Origin: Patescibacteria group bacterium
GTDB taxonomy: Bacteria > Patescibacteriota > Minisyncoccia > UBA6257 > 2-01-FULL-56-20
Reading direction: 5' to 3'
DNA length: 64,000 bases
NCBI GenBank assembly: GCA_018971305.1
Contig: JAGXBC010000002.1
Span: 80,046 to 144,045 of the forward strand
Shown here in pieces: positions 55,747 to 64,000 of this stretch; position 1 is the stretch's first letter, and each line of letters begins with the position of its first letter. The translations under genes were made by a program, and so were the position numbers. Under the pieces are notes generated by a model. It had not been told where the DNA came from and did no database searches. It saw nothing but the letters and a program-made list of their open reading frames with translations.

Positions 55747-56355
55747 ATGAATAAAAAAGTTATCGCCATATTCGTCATCACGATTGCTGCGCTCGCCATG
55801 CTGTGGGCATACGCGTTTGGGCCTCTTTCGGGAACGATAACCCCAAAAGCGAATCCCGCCTCACTTCAGCCGACCGCAACACAGACGACGGTGAATAACC
55901 AAAACGTCGCGTTCAATGCGTATCATAATCGCGATCTCGCGGAAAACTTCTATACGATCAAGTTCCCGCAAACGTGGCAATCGCAGTCGTCGACCCAAGT
56001 CGGGAGTTATCAATTCACATTCAGCAACGGGAGCGGCTCCGCGGGGCTTCAGGATGTAGCCGACAACACGACACTCGAACTGTTTGTTTTAAGCCAAGAT
56101 GAGCCGAATTTCAAAAAGACCGTTCCCGGATACAGTCGCATCAATTACCAGAAAATATCGGTGAACGGCAATGACGCATACCAGTTGACGTATCACAGCA
56201 CTGCGAGCGGCTCGGATTACGAGACGGTAAAGACATACATCGCAGGTGTGGATCATGCCGCCGTAATCACTCTCGCTGCGAAGCAGAGCGACTTCGCAAA
56301 TATGCAGCCGCTTTTCACATCCATCTTGAACAGCTTCCAATGGGAGAATAAATGA
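55747..56355 (+). CDS. membrane-anchored PsbP/Mog1-like protein
   Basis: N-terminal TM, YTIKFPQTW, VNGNDAY, F..ILNSFQW. Confidence 0.6.
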   Translation: MNKKVIAIFVITIAALAMLWAYAFGPLSGTITPKANPASLQPTATQTTVNNQNVAFNAYHNRDLAENFYTIKFPQTWQSQSSTQVGSYQFTFSNGSGSAGLQDVADNTTLELFVLSQDEPNFKKTVPGYSRINYQKISVNGNDAYQLTYHSTASGSDYETVKTYIAGVDHAAVITLAAKQSDFANMQPLFTSILNSFQWENK

Positions 56356-56356
56356 C

Positions 56357-56554
56357 ATGAGACAAATCTTCCTTTTCGTTTCGCTTGCGGTGTTGGGATT
56401 CGGATTCTACCTCAAGTTTTTCTATGACGTGCCCGACAGCCAGATCCAGATCAATTTCTTCGTGAGCTGGTTTTTAATCATCGTGGGCGGCGCAAGCATT
56501 TCGATGAATCTTTTCTGGAGCGGTTCCAAAAGGAAGAACAATAACGATGCCTGA
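56357..56554 (+). CDS. small two-TM protein
   Basis: 65 aa, two hydrophobic segments, tight operon spacing. Confidence 0.65.
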   Translation: MRQIFLFVSLAVLGFGFYLKFFYDVPDSQIQINFFVSWFLIIVGGASISMNLFWSGSKRKNNNDA

Positions 56555-57281
56555 CATTATTGCAGCGGAAAACTTGAGCAAATCGTATGGCAGTAACAAG
56601 GCCGTGGACGGGTTGAATCTTCATATCAAGAAAGGCGAGTTTTTTGGTTTCTTGGGACCAAACGGCGCAGGGAAGACCACGACGATTCGGATAATCACGG
56701 GGATTTTGAAGCCGGACAGCGGGACGGTCGCGATCGACGGCAACGCTTCGGGGGATAAACAAAAAATCGCGCAGACCATCGGCGTTATCCCAGAGAGTCG
56801 CGGCTTTTACGATTGGATGACCGCCGTTGAATATCTCGGATTTTTCGCGGATCTCTATGGGATCGCCGGAAAGGAAAAAGAGGGGCGAATCAATTCTTTG
56901 CTTACAGAAGTCGATCTTCTGAAGCGCAAGCATTCAAGAATAGGGACATATTCCCGCGGCATGCGGCAGCGCCTCGGCCTCGCGCGGGCGCTTATCAACA
57001 ATCCACAGATACTTTTTCTTGATGAGCCGACGCTCGGGCTTGATCCGCAGGGGCAGGAGGACATCCAGCTTCTCTTGAAAAAACTGAACACAAAAGGCGT
57101 TACCGTTTTTCTCTCGTCGCACCTTTTGAACGAGGTTTCAAATCTTTGCTCACGCATCGGAATTATCAATAACGGAGTTTTAATCGCCGAGGGCACTGTC
57201 AACGAATTGCGGGAGAAGACCAAGCTCGACAAAGACAAAACGCTTACCGACATTTTTCTCAATCTCACCCGCAACAACTAA
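56547..57281 (+). CDS. ABC ATP-binding protein
   Basis: GPNGAGKT, YSRGMRQR, FLDEPT. Confidence 0.94.
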   Translation: MPDIIAAENLSKSYGSNKAVDGLNLHIKKGEFFGFLGPNGAGKTTTIRIITGILKPDSGTVAIDGNASGDKQKIAQTIGVIPESRGFYDWMTAVEYLGFFADLYGIAGKEKEGRINSLLTEVDLLKRKHSRIGTYSRGMRQRLGLARALINNPQILFLDEPTLGLDPQGQEDIQLLLKKLNTKGVTVFLSSHLLNEVSNLCSRIGIINNGVLIAEGTVNELREKTKLDKDKTLTDIFLNLTRNN

Positions 57282-57286
57282 AACTC

Positions 57287-58057
57287 ATGTTCACTCACAT
57301 TTGGAAAAAAGAAATACGGGGAGAGCTCTATACATGGAAAAGCATGCTCTGGCTTGTGATCGCATCGCTCCTCTTTAGCTTCACGAGCTATCTGTTGCTT
57401 ACGAACCAGGAGCTAAGCCTCCTCGACCAGACGGAACTCCTGTGGCTTCTCGGCAAGATCATCATCGGGGTCGCGTTGCTCATCGTTACGATCGACGCTT
57501 CGTCCATCGTGAATGTTGAATTCGAAAAAGAAACAGCGGAGAGCTTATTTCTCTCGCCAATATCCCTCAAGGATCTCATCCTCGGAAAGCTTTTCGCTTC
57601 ACTGACGCTCTGGGCCGCAATCTTTGTTATATCAATCCCATATATCATCGTCACATCAGCGGGATCGCATCTCGCGTGGGCGTTCGTGGGCTATGTCGCA
57701 TTGCTTGGCACGCTCGGTGTCGTTGGGCTCGTTTTCCTGATCTTCGGGTTATCGCTTCTCTATCGCTCAAGCAAGAACACGATCACGACAGCACTCATCA
57801 TTCTGCTTGCTTTTGCCACGCCAGCGCTTTTCACCTCGACCCTCAAGAACGACATTGTTTCGCAAACCTTCAGCGTCGTGAATCCGATCGATAACATCTT
57901 CAATTCGCTCGATAACGTGCTCGTGGACTACAAAACATCCCTACTGGAGAATTGGCAGTTTCTTTTGCCGCTTATCATATTCTGCGCCGTCGCATTCCTT
58001 TTCCTGTTCGTGAGCGCGAAACGATTTACCAAGCAAGGGATTATCAAAAATGATTAA
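57287..58057 (+). CDS. ABC-2 type permease
   Basis: KKEIR, E.E..T...L..SP......GK, six TMs. Confidence 0.85.
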   Translation: MFTHIWKKEIRGELYTWKSMLWLVIASLLFSFTSYLLLTNQELSLLDQTELLWLLGKIIIGVALLIVTIDASSIVNVEFEKETAESLFLSPISLKDLILGKLFASLTLWAAIFVISIPYIIVTSAGSHLAWAFVGYVALLGTLGVVGLVFLIFGLSLLYRSSKNTITTALIILLAFATPALFTSTLKNDIVSQTFSVVNPIDNIFNSLDNVLVDYKTSLLENWQFLLPLIIFCAVAFLFLFVSAKRFTKQGIIKND

Positions 58058-58586
58058 GCCGATGAAAAATATATTCTTTTTGTTCGCGCTCTTGATCTCG
58101 GCGGGCTTTGTGGCGAACGCACATGCGGCTGCACCACCGCTCACAATGCAAATCCTTTCATCGAGTAGCTTGAGCGGCACGGCGGGTGATTTCGTGACCG
58201 TACAAGGTCAGATTGCCAATACCGGATCGCAGCCACAGAGCGACGTCACGACATATCTTTCGCTTATGGATAATCAGAACAAGCTCCCCGTCGATCTCGA
58301 AGACTGGAGCGCGGAGAAAGGACTCTATATAGGAACGATCGATGCACATCAAACGCTCCCATTGAATTGGAAAATACATTTCGTAAAAGCCGGAACGTAT
58401 TCTCTCATCATTATCGCGGAGGCGTCGGGAAGCGACCTTCCGCAAGTAAGCAGTATCACTCAATTCAACGTGAGTCCGAAGCGGAACTTGAATCCCGGGC
58501 AGGTTTTGCCGGTCGCTCTTGGAACGCCGATCGTCCTTATTTTCATAATTTTTCTACTGGCCTACCGAAGGCGGGTGGAGGAATAA
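58050..58586 (+). CDS. secreted Ig-like protein with C-terminal TM anchor
   Basis: signal peptide AHA, NTG and GTY beta-sandwich motifs, C-terminal TM followed by RRR. Confidence 0.7.
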   Translation: MIKPMKNIFFLFALLISAGFVANAHAAAPPLTMQILSSSSLSGTAGDFVTVQGQIANTGSQPQSDVTTYLSLMDNQNKLPVDLEDWSAEKGLYIGTIDAHQTLPLNWKIHFVKAGTYSLIIIAEASGSDLPQVSSITQFNVSPKRNLNPGQVLPVALGTPIVLIFIIFLLAYRRRVEE

Positions 58587-58615
58587 CGTTTAACAAAAAT
58601 TTTTTAGCTCCTCCT

Positions 58616-59434
58616 ATGGCAAAGCTTCAAAACAGCGGCAAAAAACATACAGAACACAAACAAGAAAACCGAATCGAAACAAAAGTTGCCGCGTTTTATG
58701 ATACCTACGACTACATCGCATTCTGGAAAGGAAGAGATTACGAAAACAAGGCGGACGTTATCGCCGTTTCAAAACTTCTCCGCAAGATTAAGAGTCCTCA
58801 TAAACGGATTATCGATATAGGCGTCGGAAGCGGCAGGATGGTGCCGCTGTATGAAAGCAAGTGGGATGCATGCGTCTTTCTTGATCCTTCGAATGTCCAG
58901 CTCGAGATCGCACGCCGGGCCGTAAAGGAACCGGAGAAAGCTACCTTTATGCAGGGCGCGGCGGAATCCATTCCTCTCCCCGATGGCGCATGCGACACTG
59001 CGCTCTGCACGAGGGCATTCCATTACGTCGATCAACCCGACCGCGCGATTGCGGAAATAGCACGCATTCTGGTGCCCGGTGGCTATCTTATTCTTGAAAT
59101 CCCGAACAAGGTGCATTTCAAGGCGAGGGTAGCCGCCTGGTTTTCGCCAAAGAAGCGTCAGGAGATATTCTCAAGAGATCCCGTGAGCCGTCTCGTCAAA
59201 GAGGTGGATATCGTTTTTCTCAATCACCATCCCGAAGCGATTGCCGTGGCCCTACAATCAAAAGGATTTGTTATCGAAAAAGTGCTTTCCGCATCCAACT
59301 TCAGGCATCCCTTGTTCAAGAAAATCATCCCCTTGGGCATTCTTCTCTTCGCCGAGCGTTTGCTCCAGAGGCCGCTTGCGGGAACATGGTTCGGGCCGAG
59401 CATCTATTTTTTGGCGAGGAAAATGAAAAAATAA
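58616..59434 (+). CDS. class I SAM-dependent methyltransferase
   Basis: IDIGVGSG, AESIPLPD, EIARILVPGG. Confidence 0.9.
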   Translation: MAKLQNSGKKHTEHKQENRIETKVAAFYDTYDYIAFWKGRDYENKADVIAVSKLLRKIKSPHKRIIDIGVGSGRMVPLYESKWDACVFLDPSNVQLEIARRAVKEPEKATFMQGAAESIPLPDGACDTALCTRAFHYVDQPDRAIAEIARILVPGGYLILEIPNKVHFKARVAAWFSPKKRQEIFSRDPVSRLVKEVDIVFLNHHPEAIAVALQSKGFVIEKVLSASNFRHPLFKKIIPLGILLFAERLLQRPLAGTWFGPSIYFLARKMKK

Positions 59435-59448
59435 AACCGTTTTATTTC

Positions 59449-59760
59449 ATGAAGAAAACCTTCGTATCGATAATTCTTTTAACCTTTTTACTTGGCGGAG
59501 TTTCTTTTGCCCAAGCACAGAATTCTTCCTCCTCAACGAGTACGTTACGCTATCCAACGATCCACTTCCCGGGACAGATGCCGCCTCCTTCGCAAACCGG
59601 CGCGGCATCCCCGGCAAAGCATAAAACTTCGTCGAAAGCTAAACAGGCCAAGAAGCCAATTGTTAAGAAACCGACGAAGCCGAAAAAGAAGCTTGCCCCC
59701 AAGGTGAAAAAAGTTATAGGAGCCAAACCACCCAAACCGATCATAAAGAAAACCAAATGA
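59449..59760 (+). CDS. secreted protein with Lys/Pro-rich tail
   Basis: signal peptide ending AQA; K/P-rich C-terminus. Confidence 0.6.
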   Translation: MKKTFVSIILLTFLLGGVSFAQAQNSSSSTSTLRYPTIHFPGQMPPPSQTGAASPAKHKTSSKAKQAKKPIVKKPTKPKKKLAPKVKKVIGAKPPKPIIKKTK

Positions 59761-59776
59761 GGAAAATATAAATGAC

Positions 59777-60367
59777 ATGCGCCCGGCTTCCAAGAAATAT
59801 TATTATGTCGTCGCGGCCGCTGTTTTATTTTTCGTAGCTGCGGGCATGTTTTTGATCCCTCGGGTGATAACAGTTGTGCAAAAATCGGTTCCTCTGCCCA
59901 CCGCGATCGACCCCAATTTCTCAACGCAAGTGAACGAGTGCTTTATTCCGGTTGCTGCCGCGTACGGATATTCGCTGCGCATCGTATCGGGTTTCAGAAG
60001 CATGGCACAGCAACAGCAAGTATACGACCAAGGCAGATTGGAAAATGGAGTTGTCGTCTCGGAAGCATCGCCCGGACACAGCCTTCATAATTATGGTTTT
60101 GCCGTAGACGTCGCCGACATATGGAGAGGATATAATATCAACTGGCCAAGGCTTATCGCAATCGGCGCGTATTGCGGTTTGGGCAACGGCGGTGTCGGAG
60201 ATTATCCTCACTTTGAATACCGGGGCGGGCTTGTCACGGCGGATTTTGCCGCTGGCAAGAGGCCACCGCTGCTCACGCTCCCATGCGCGATTATGGACGC
60301 ACGGGCAAAAGCAAGCAAACCGCTAACGCTCAAAGATCTTCAGGGCTGCGCCGCCCCTAAATTCTAA
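59777..60367 (+). CDS. M15 family peptidoglycan peptidase (CwlK/Ply500-like)
   Basis: GFRS..QQ..Y.QGR, SLHNYGFAVD, DYPHFE; N-terminal TM. Confidence 0.88.
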   Translation: MRPASKKYYYVVAAAVLFFVAAGMFLIPRVITVVQKSVPLPTAIDPNFSTQVNECFIPVAAAYGYSLRIVSGFRSMAQQQQVYDQGRLENGVVVSEASPGHSLHNYGFAVDVADIWRGYNINWPRLIAIGAYCGLGNGGVGDYPHFEYRGGLVTADFAAGKRPPLLTLPCAIMDARAKASKPLTLKDLQGCAAPKF

Positions 60368-60410
60368 CAAGGCATCGGACAGGCGAGTCGTATGGTGTTT
60401 TAGTATATTC

Positions 60411-61106
60411 ATGGATTTCGATAAAAGCATTGTTATTCTCAATCAATTACTTTCTGACGAAAACCCCGAGGCATTTAACAGCTCGTGGATTTTGAAGCAT
60501 GCGCCGAAGGTGTACCGCTTCATTTGGAAAAATGTCCGAACCGAAATTGGCACGGTAGACTGGGATCGCGTGACTTATGCGATCGAATGGAAATACCAGC
60601 GGCGATGGGCTCCAGGCAAGCAAAAGAAGAACATCGTTCCTTACGAGAATCCGGTCGAGGTTGAATCGATACTCAAAAAATATGAGGGCAAGACGTATGT
60701 CTTTGTCGCTCCCACTGATCTGAACGACCGCCGCGTTCGAGATATCATGAGTATCTCGCTCGTGCGGCTGGCGCAGAACGGCAATCTTTCAGCCAAAGAA
60801 GAATTGATGAAGCTTCTCGGTTACACAATTGCCGATTGGTTGGAACGTTTCTATTTCCTTTCTCGCTGGCAGGGATACGATGACCAAATTCGAGAAAATC
60901 TTGAGCGATGCATCCGCCGCTACCGCTACACCGGATCATTTGCGATGTATCTTTTTCGGACGCTTGAGTACGCAGGGCGTGGTATCCGGCCATTCTACGC
61001 GTATTCACTCGACAAGCCCGTCGCATGCGATGCTGAGAAGCGGATGATCGAGAACGTCGTCCAAGATACGGAAACAGGCGAGATACAGCTCTATGGCCGA
61101 GCATAA
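60411..61106 (+). CDS. hypothetical with sigma-70 region-2-like C-terminal half
   Basis: LVRLAQNGNLSAKEELM, F..YL, YSLDKPV; no region-4 HTH. Confidence 0.55.
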   Translation: MDFDKSIVILNQLLSDENPEAFNSSWILKHAPKVYRFIWKNVRTEIGTVDWDRVTYAIEWKYQRRWAPGKQKKNIVPYENPVEVESILKKYEGKTYVFVAPTDLNDRRVRDIMSISLVRLAQNGNLSAKEELMKLLGYTIADWLERFYFLSRWQGYDDQIRENLERCIRRYRYTGSFAMYLFRTLEYAGRGIRPFYAYSLDKPVACDAEKRMIENVVQDTETGEIQLYGRA

Positions 61107-61136
61107 ATTATCGCGCAGAAAATCGTGCGCAACTTT

Positions 61137-61314
61137 ATCGGCTACAATCGGATATAATCGGCTATAGGTGGTATATCCGATTCCATTTTGGACTTATGGC
61201 CATTTCAGTTTTTGTACTGAATTGTTAAATAACTGAAATGACTATTTGTATGAAATGTTCCATTTTGGACAAAGTCCAAAATGCCCTCCGAGTGTCCAAT
61301 ATGTCCAAAATGGA
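61137..61314. repeat. iteron-like repeat cluster
   Basis: ATCGG(C/A)TA(C/T)A x3; TTCCATTTTGGAC x2 (61181, 61258); inverted GTCCAA(A/T)ATG x3; CATTTCAGTT/AACTGAAATG inverted repeat. Confidence 0.8.
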
Positions 61315-61539
61315 TGCGACCGCGAGGCTTCGGCCCTACCAAAATTTCCGAAAATGCCCTATAATTTTTTCCAAACCCAGCGATCGGGAGGCCTCAAAAG
61401 AGAGGAGAAGAAAACCCTTGGAAACGCTTGTGTGGTTGCATCCAAAGAGGTCGCAGACCGCTAGGGGGCACCAGTTAGTTTGTCCTTTGAAGAAATAATA
61501 AAATAGAGTCGTATTGAAACAGCCCTATTTTATTTTTTG

Positions 61540-61611
61540 TGCGCATGGTAGGAATCGAACCTACGACCTCGTTCTTATCAGGAACGCGTTCTACCACTGA
61601 ACTACATGCGC
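61540..61611 (-). tRNA. tRNA-Ile(GAT)
   Basis: reverse complement: GCGCATG/CATGCGC acceptor, CGTTC-CTGATAA-GAACG, GTTCGATTC. Confidence 0.95.
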
Positions 61612-61723
61612 CTTTTCGGTTTTGGGGTGGTATGCCTACGATGACAATTATAGACAATTTTATTTAAAAATTCCATTCCAGCCAACGTGCCTCTTTGGAC
61701 ATATGGCGGGTTATAATGAATAT

Positions 61724-62449
61724 ATGCTTGAACCGGAAGTTATCTATGAGGATAAAAATTTTTTGGCGGTGAATAAACCGGCCGGGCTTTTAGTCCATGG
61801 CGCAAGGAACATAAGTCAGGTAGCGAGTGAGTCAACTCTTGTTGATTGGCTTGTGCAAAAATATCCGGAAATAAAAACGGTGGGGGATGACCCCGAAACG
61901 CGTCCAGGAATTATCCACCGTTTAGACAAAGCGACTTCCGGCGTTTTGCTTATAGCGAGAACACAGGACTATTTTAAATATCTAAAATCTCTTTTTCAGA
62001 AGCATGAAATCAAAAAAATTTATTTAGCCGTTGCTGCTGGAATAGTTGAGCCGCGGGAGGGGATTATAGACAGGCCAATCGGCATCCGCAATGGCACGCT
62101 TAAGCGGAGCGTTCATTCGGCGAAAATGGCCAAAGAAGCGGTTACTGGATATAAGGTGGTCAAATATATCAGTGACACGGGACAAGCGGGAAGCGAGAAA
62201 AAACTTTCTTTTTTAGAAATTTATCCCAAAACGGGAAGGACGCACCAAATCCGGGTGCACCTCGGAAGCATAGGACATCCTATAATGGGTGATTTGTTGT
62301 ATGGAGGAAAAGTTGGTCATCGACCCTTAAAACGATTAATGCTTCATGCCCTATCCATCGAATTTACCGACAATAATGGGAGGAGAATGAAAATAGAAGC
62401 TGAACCGCCAGATGACTTTATGAGTATCATTAACGCGTCCGATAATTAA
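61724..62449 (+). CDS. RluA-family pseudouridine synthase
   Basis: NKPAGL, HRLDKATSG, TGRTHQIRVH, GD.LYG, LHA. Confidence 0.95.
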   Translation: MLEPEVIYEDKNFLAVNKPAGLLVHGARNISQVASESTLVDWLVQKYPEIKTVGDDPETRPGIIHRLDKATSGVLLIARTQDYFKYLKSLFQKHEIKKIYLAVAAGIVEPREGIIDRPIGIRNGTLKRSVHSAKMAKEAVTGYKVVKYISDTGQAGSEKKLSFLEIYPKTGRTHQIRVHLGSIGHPIMGDLLYGGKVGHRPLKRLMLHALSIEFTDNNGRRMKIEAEPPDDFMSIINASDN

Positions 62450-62563
62450 TTTACCTCTTCATAAAAACGAAAAATAAGTTATCCACAGTACTCCATTTGG
62501 CGGTTTCCGGCATTTGCTATAATAAATCTATTAATGAAAGGTCGGGTTTCAGGCTAATTTCAA

Positions 62564-63145
62564 ATGAAACATAACAAAAATAATAATAAGGGTTTCACCC
62601 TCATAGAGCTTCTAGTTGTCATCGCCATTATCGCCGTTCTTTCCATTGTTGTCATCCTAACCTTGAATCCGGCAGAGCTTCTGAAGCAGGCCAGGGATTC
62701 CAACAGGATTTCAGATTTAAATACGATGAAAAGCGCCATCTCCCTATATTTGGCGGATGTCAGCACTGTGAATTTGGGAACTGCAAGTAAGTGTTATTTT
62801 GGAGTCATTACTACAACAACTTGTGCTACTTGGATGACTACCCAGAGTGCCACCCAAACGACGGCTATAGCTACGGCAAGAAGTGTTAGCGGTAATGGTT
62901 GGATACCGGTAGCGTTCACGAACATCAGTTCGGGTGCGCCAATTGGGTCAGAGCCTCTTGATCCAACAAACACAGGCAACCTTTTCTACAGCTATATGGC
63001 CACTTCTTCGCCGTCGACTACCTTCAAACTTGCTGCGAAGACAGAGAGTGTCAAATACAGCGCAAGCGGAACTTCCGATGTTGAATCTACTGACGGTGGT
63101 AAAGATAATTCGACCTACGAGACGGGGACTGAGATTACGATGTAG
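62564..63145 (+). CDS. type IV pilin
   Basis: KG/FTLIELLVVIAII, ARDSNRISDL, LDP; followed by an AAAACAGCGGC..GCCGCTGTTTT terminator. Confidence 0.93.
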   Translation: MKHNKNNNKGFTLIELLVVIAIIAVLSIVVILTLNPAELLKQARDSNRISDLNTMKSAISLYLADVSTVNLGTASKCYFGVITTTTCATWMTTQSATQTTAIATARSVSGNGWIPVAFTNISSGAPIGSEPLDPTNTGNLFYSYMATSSPSTTFKLAAKTESVKYSASGTSDVESTDGGKDNSTYETGTEITM

Positions 63146-63336
63146 TTTGAACTGGCGATTCTTGCTTATGCGGCAAAACAGCGGCAATTCTTCGCGAATA
63201 GCCGCTGTTTTTGTTATTATTATGATAATCACGATACAAGATATACGCAACACGAGATGTAAAAATGAAATGTAATTAGAGTGCTTTTTCATAATACTTG
63301 CCTCGTGATATGTGATACGCGCTTCGTGTCAATGCC

Positions 63337-64000
63337 ATGCACATCCCCTTACCCGAACCGCAATTAAAGAGAATATTGATTGACGACAAGCTCATAACTT
63401 CGGAGCGTTTTGATGCTCTTCTTGACGAAGCCGAAAGGAAAAATCAGAGTATTTTGGATGTGCTCGTAGCTCAGGGTATAGTTGACGCAAATTATTTGGG
63501 AAATTTAGTGGCCGATGCCTTAGGGGTGGGGCGTGTTGATTTTTCCAATATTGCGATAGATAAGGAATTAGTTCAGCTTATACCGGAGCAGACCTCCAGA
63601 CAGAGGCAGGCGATTCTTTTCCGCCGCGAACCGGACGGAATTATAGATGTGGCGATGACCGATCCGTCTGACCTGGAAACGATAGAATTTTTAACCCAGC
63701 GCCTAAAAACAAAAATAAAACCGTTCCTGGCCACGACAGACGATTTGAACAGGGGATTTTCCGTTTATGGCTATGAGCTTGGTCAAGATTTCAAAAAACT
63801 GATTGAAGACAATATCCGGCAGTCGCTATCCGTGAGGTCGAAGACAATAGAAGAGGCCGCCGCAGAACTGCCAATTGTGGGTATCGTTGATAATTTATTG
63901 TCTTACGCCATTGCTTCGCGGGCTTCAGACATCCATATAGAAATTCTAGAAGACTCCATGCTTGTGCGTTACCGCATAGACGGCATCCTTTATGAAGTTT
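63337..64000 (+). CDS. PilB/GspE-family assembly ATPase (3' partial)
   Basis: translated by hand: MHIPLPEPQLK...VAMTDPSDL...RASDIHIE...VRYRIDGIL; runs off the window. Confidence 0.9.
   Translation, partial: MHIPLPEPQLKRILIDDKLITSERFDALLDEAERKNQSILDVLVAQGIVDANYLGNLVADALGVGRVDFSNIAIDKELVQLIPEQTSRQRQAILFRREPDGIIDVAMTDPSDLETIEFLTQRLKTKIKPFLATTDDLNRGFSVYGYELGQDFKKLIEDNIRQSLSVRSKTIEEAAAELPIVGIVDNLLSYAIASRASDIHIEILEDSMLVRYRIDGILYEV

Larger units (their letters stand above)
34033..61539. mobile_element. genomic island / composite integrative element between tRNA-Val and tRNA-Ile
   Basis: two large serine recombinases, RM system, terminase genes and cargo with no core genes; exact att sites not resolved. 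Confidence 0.8.

Noticed and set aside
46836-61539. Complete prophage
   Set aside because: No recognisable portal, capsid, tail or replication genes; reported instead as a capsid-less module.
62479-62487. DnaA box TTATCCACA upstream of the pilin gene
   Set aside because: Single copy; insufficient to call an origin or a regulatory site.
63225-63332. Loose CACGA/TCGTG repeats between the pilin and pilB genes
   Set aside because: Too degenerate to define a unit or structure.
1-64000. CRISPR array, rRNA or IS transposase
   Set aside because: No regularly spaced repeat-spacer series, rRNA-like stretch or transposase ORF was seen; the repeat clusters are short and irregular.

Overview
Bacterial chromosomal segment in standard code 11 (TGA is used as stop). 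It is most consistent with a Patescibacteria/CPR (Parcubacteria-like) genome. This is an inference from the short IF-2, most tRNAs lacking encoded CCA, -10 boxes sitting right at start codons, type IV pilus genes and an archaeal-type UMP kinase. The first 34 kb is mostly core and envelope genes: htpX, pyrH, an ECF sigma with a MacAB-type exporter, an ApbE/FMN-bind/RnfD-like flavinylation module, gyrB-secE-nusG-rpsR, infB-rbfA, parAB, rel, topA-dprA and six tRNAs. Four of those tRNAs have partial duplicates associated with small structured inserts. About 34.0-61.5 kb is a ~27.5 kb island between convergent tRNA-Val and tRNA-Ile genes. Two paralogous large serine recombinases bracket a defence cassette: type I RM with an HTH-fused HsdM, a TM/TPR gene between hsdS and hsdR, a KAP NTPase and a membrane-anchored His/Cys protease-like ORF. 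The island continues with a capsid-less Zn-finger/hairpin/ParB-methylase/TerS/TerL module and a two-component system with three matching direct-repeat boxes. Two clusters of TTTTGGAC/GTCCAAAA repeats flank this second part. The window ends with an RluA-family gene, a type IV pilin and a partial PilB/GspE. All calls come from motif reading by eye; no searches were run.
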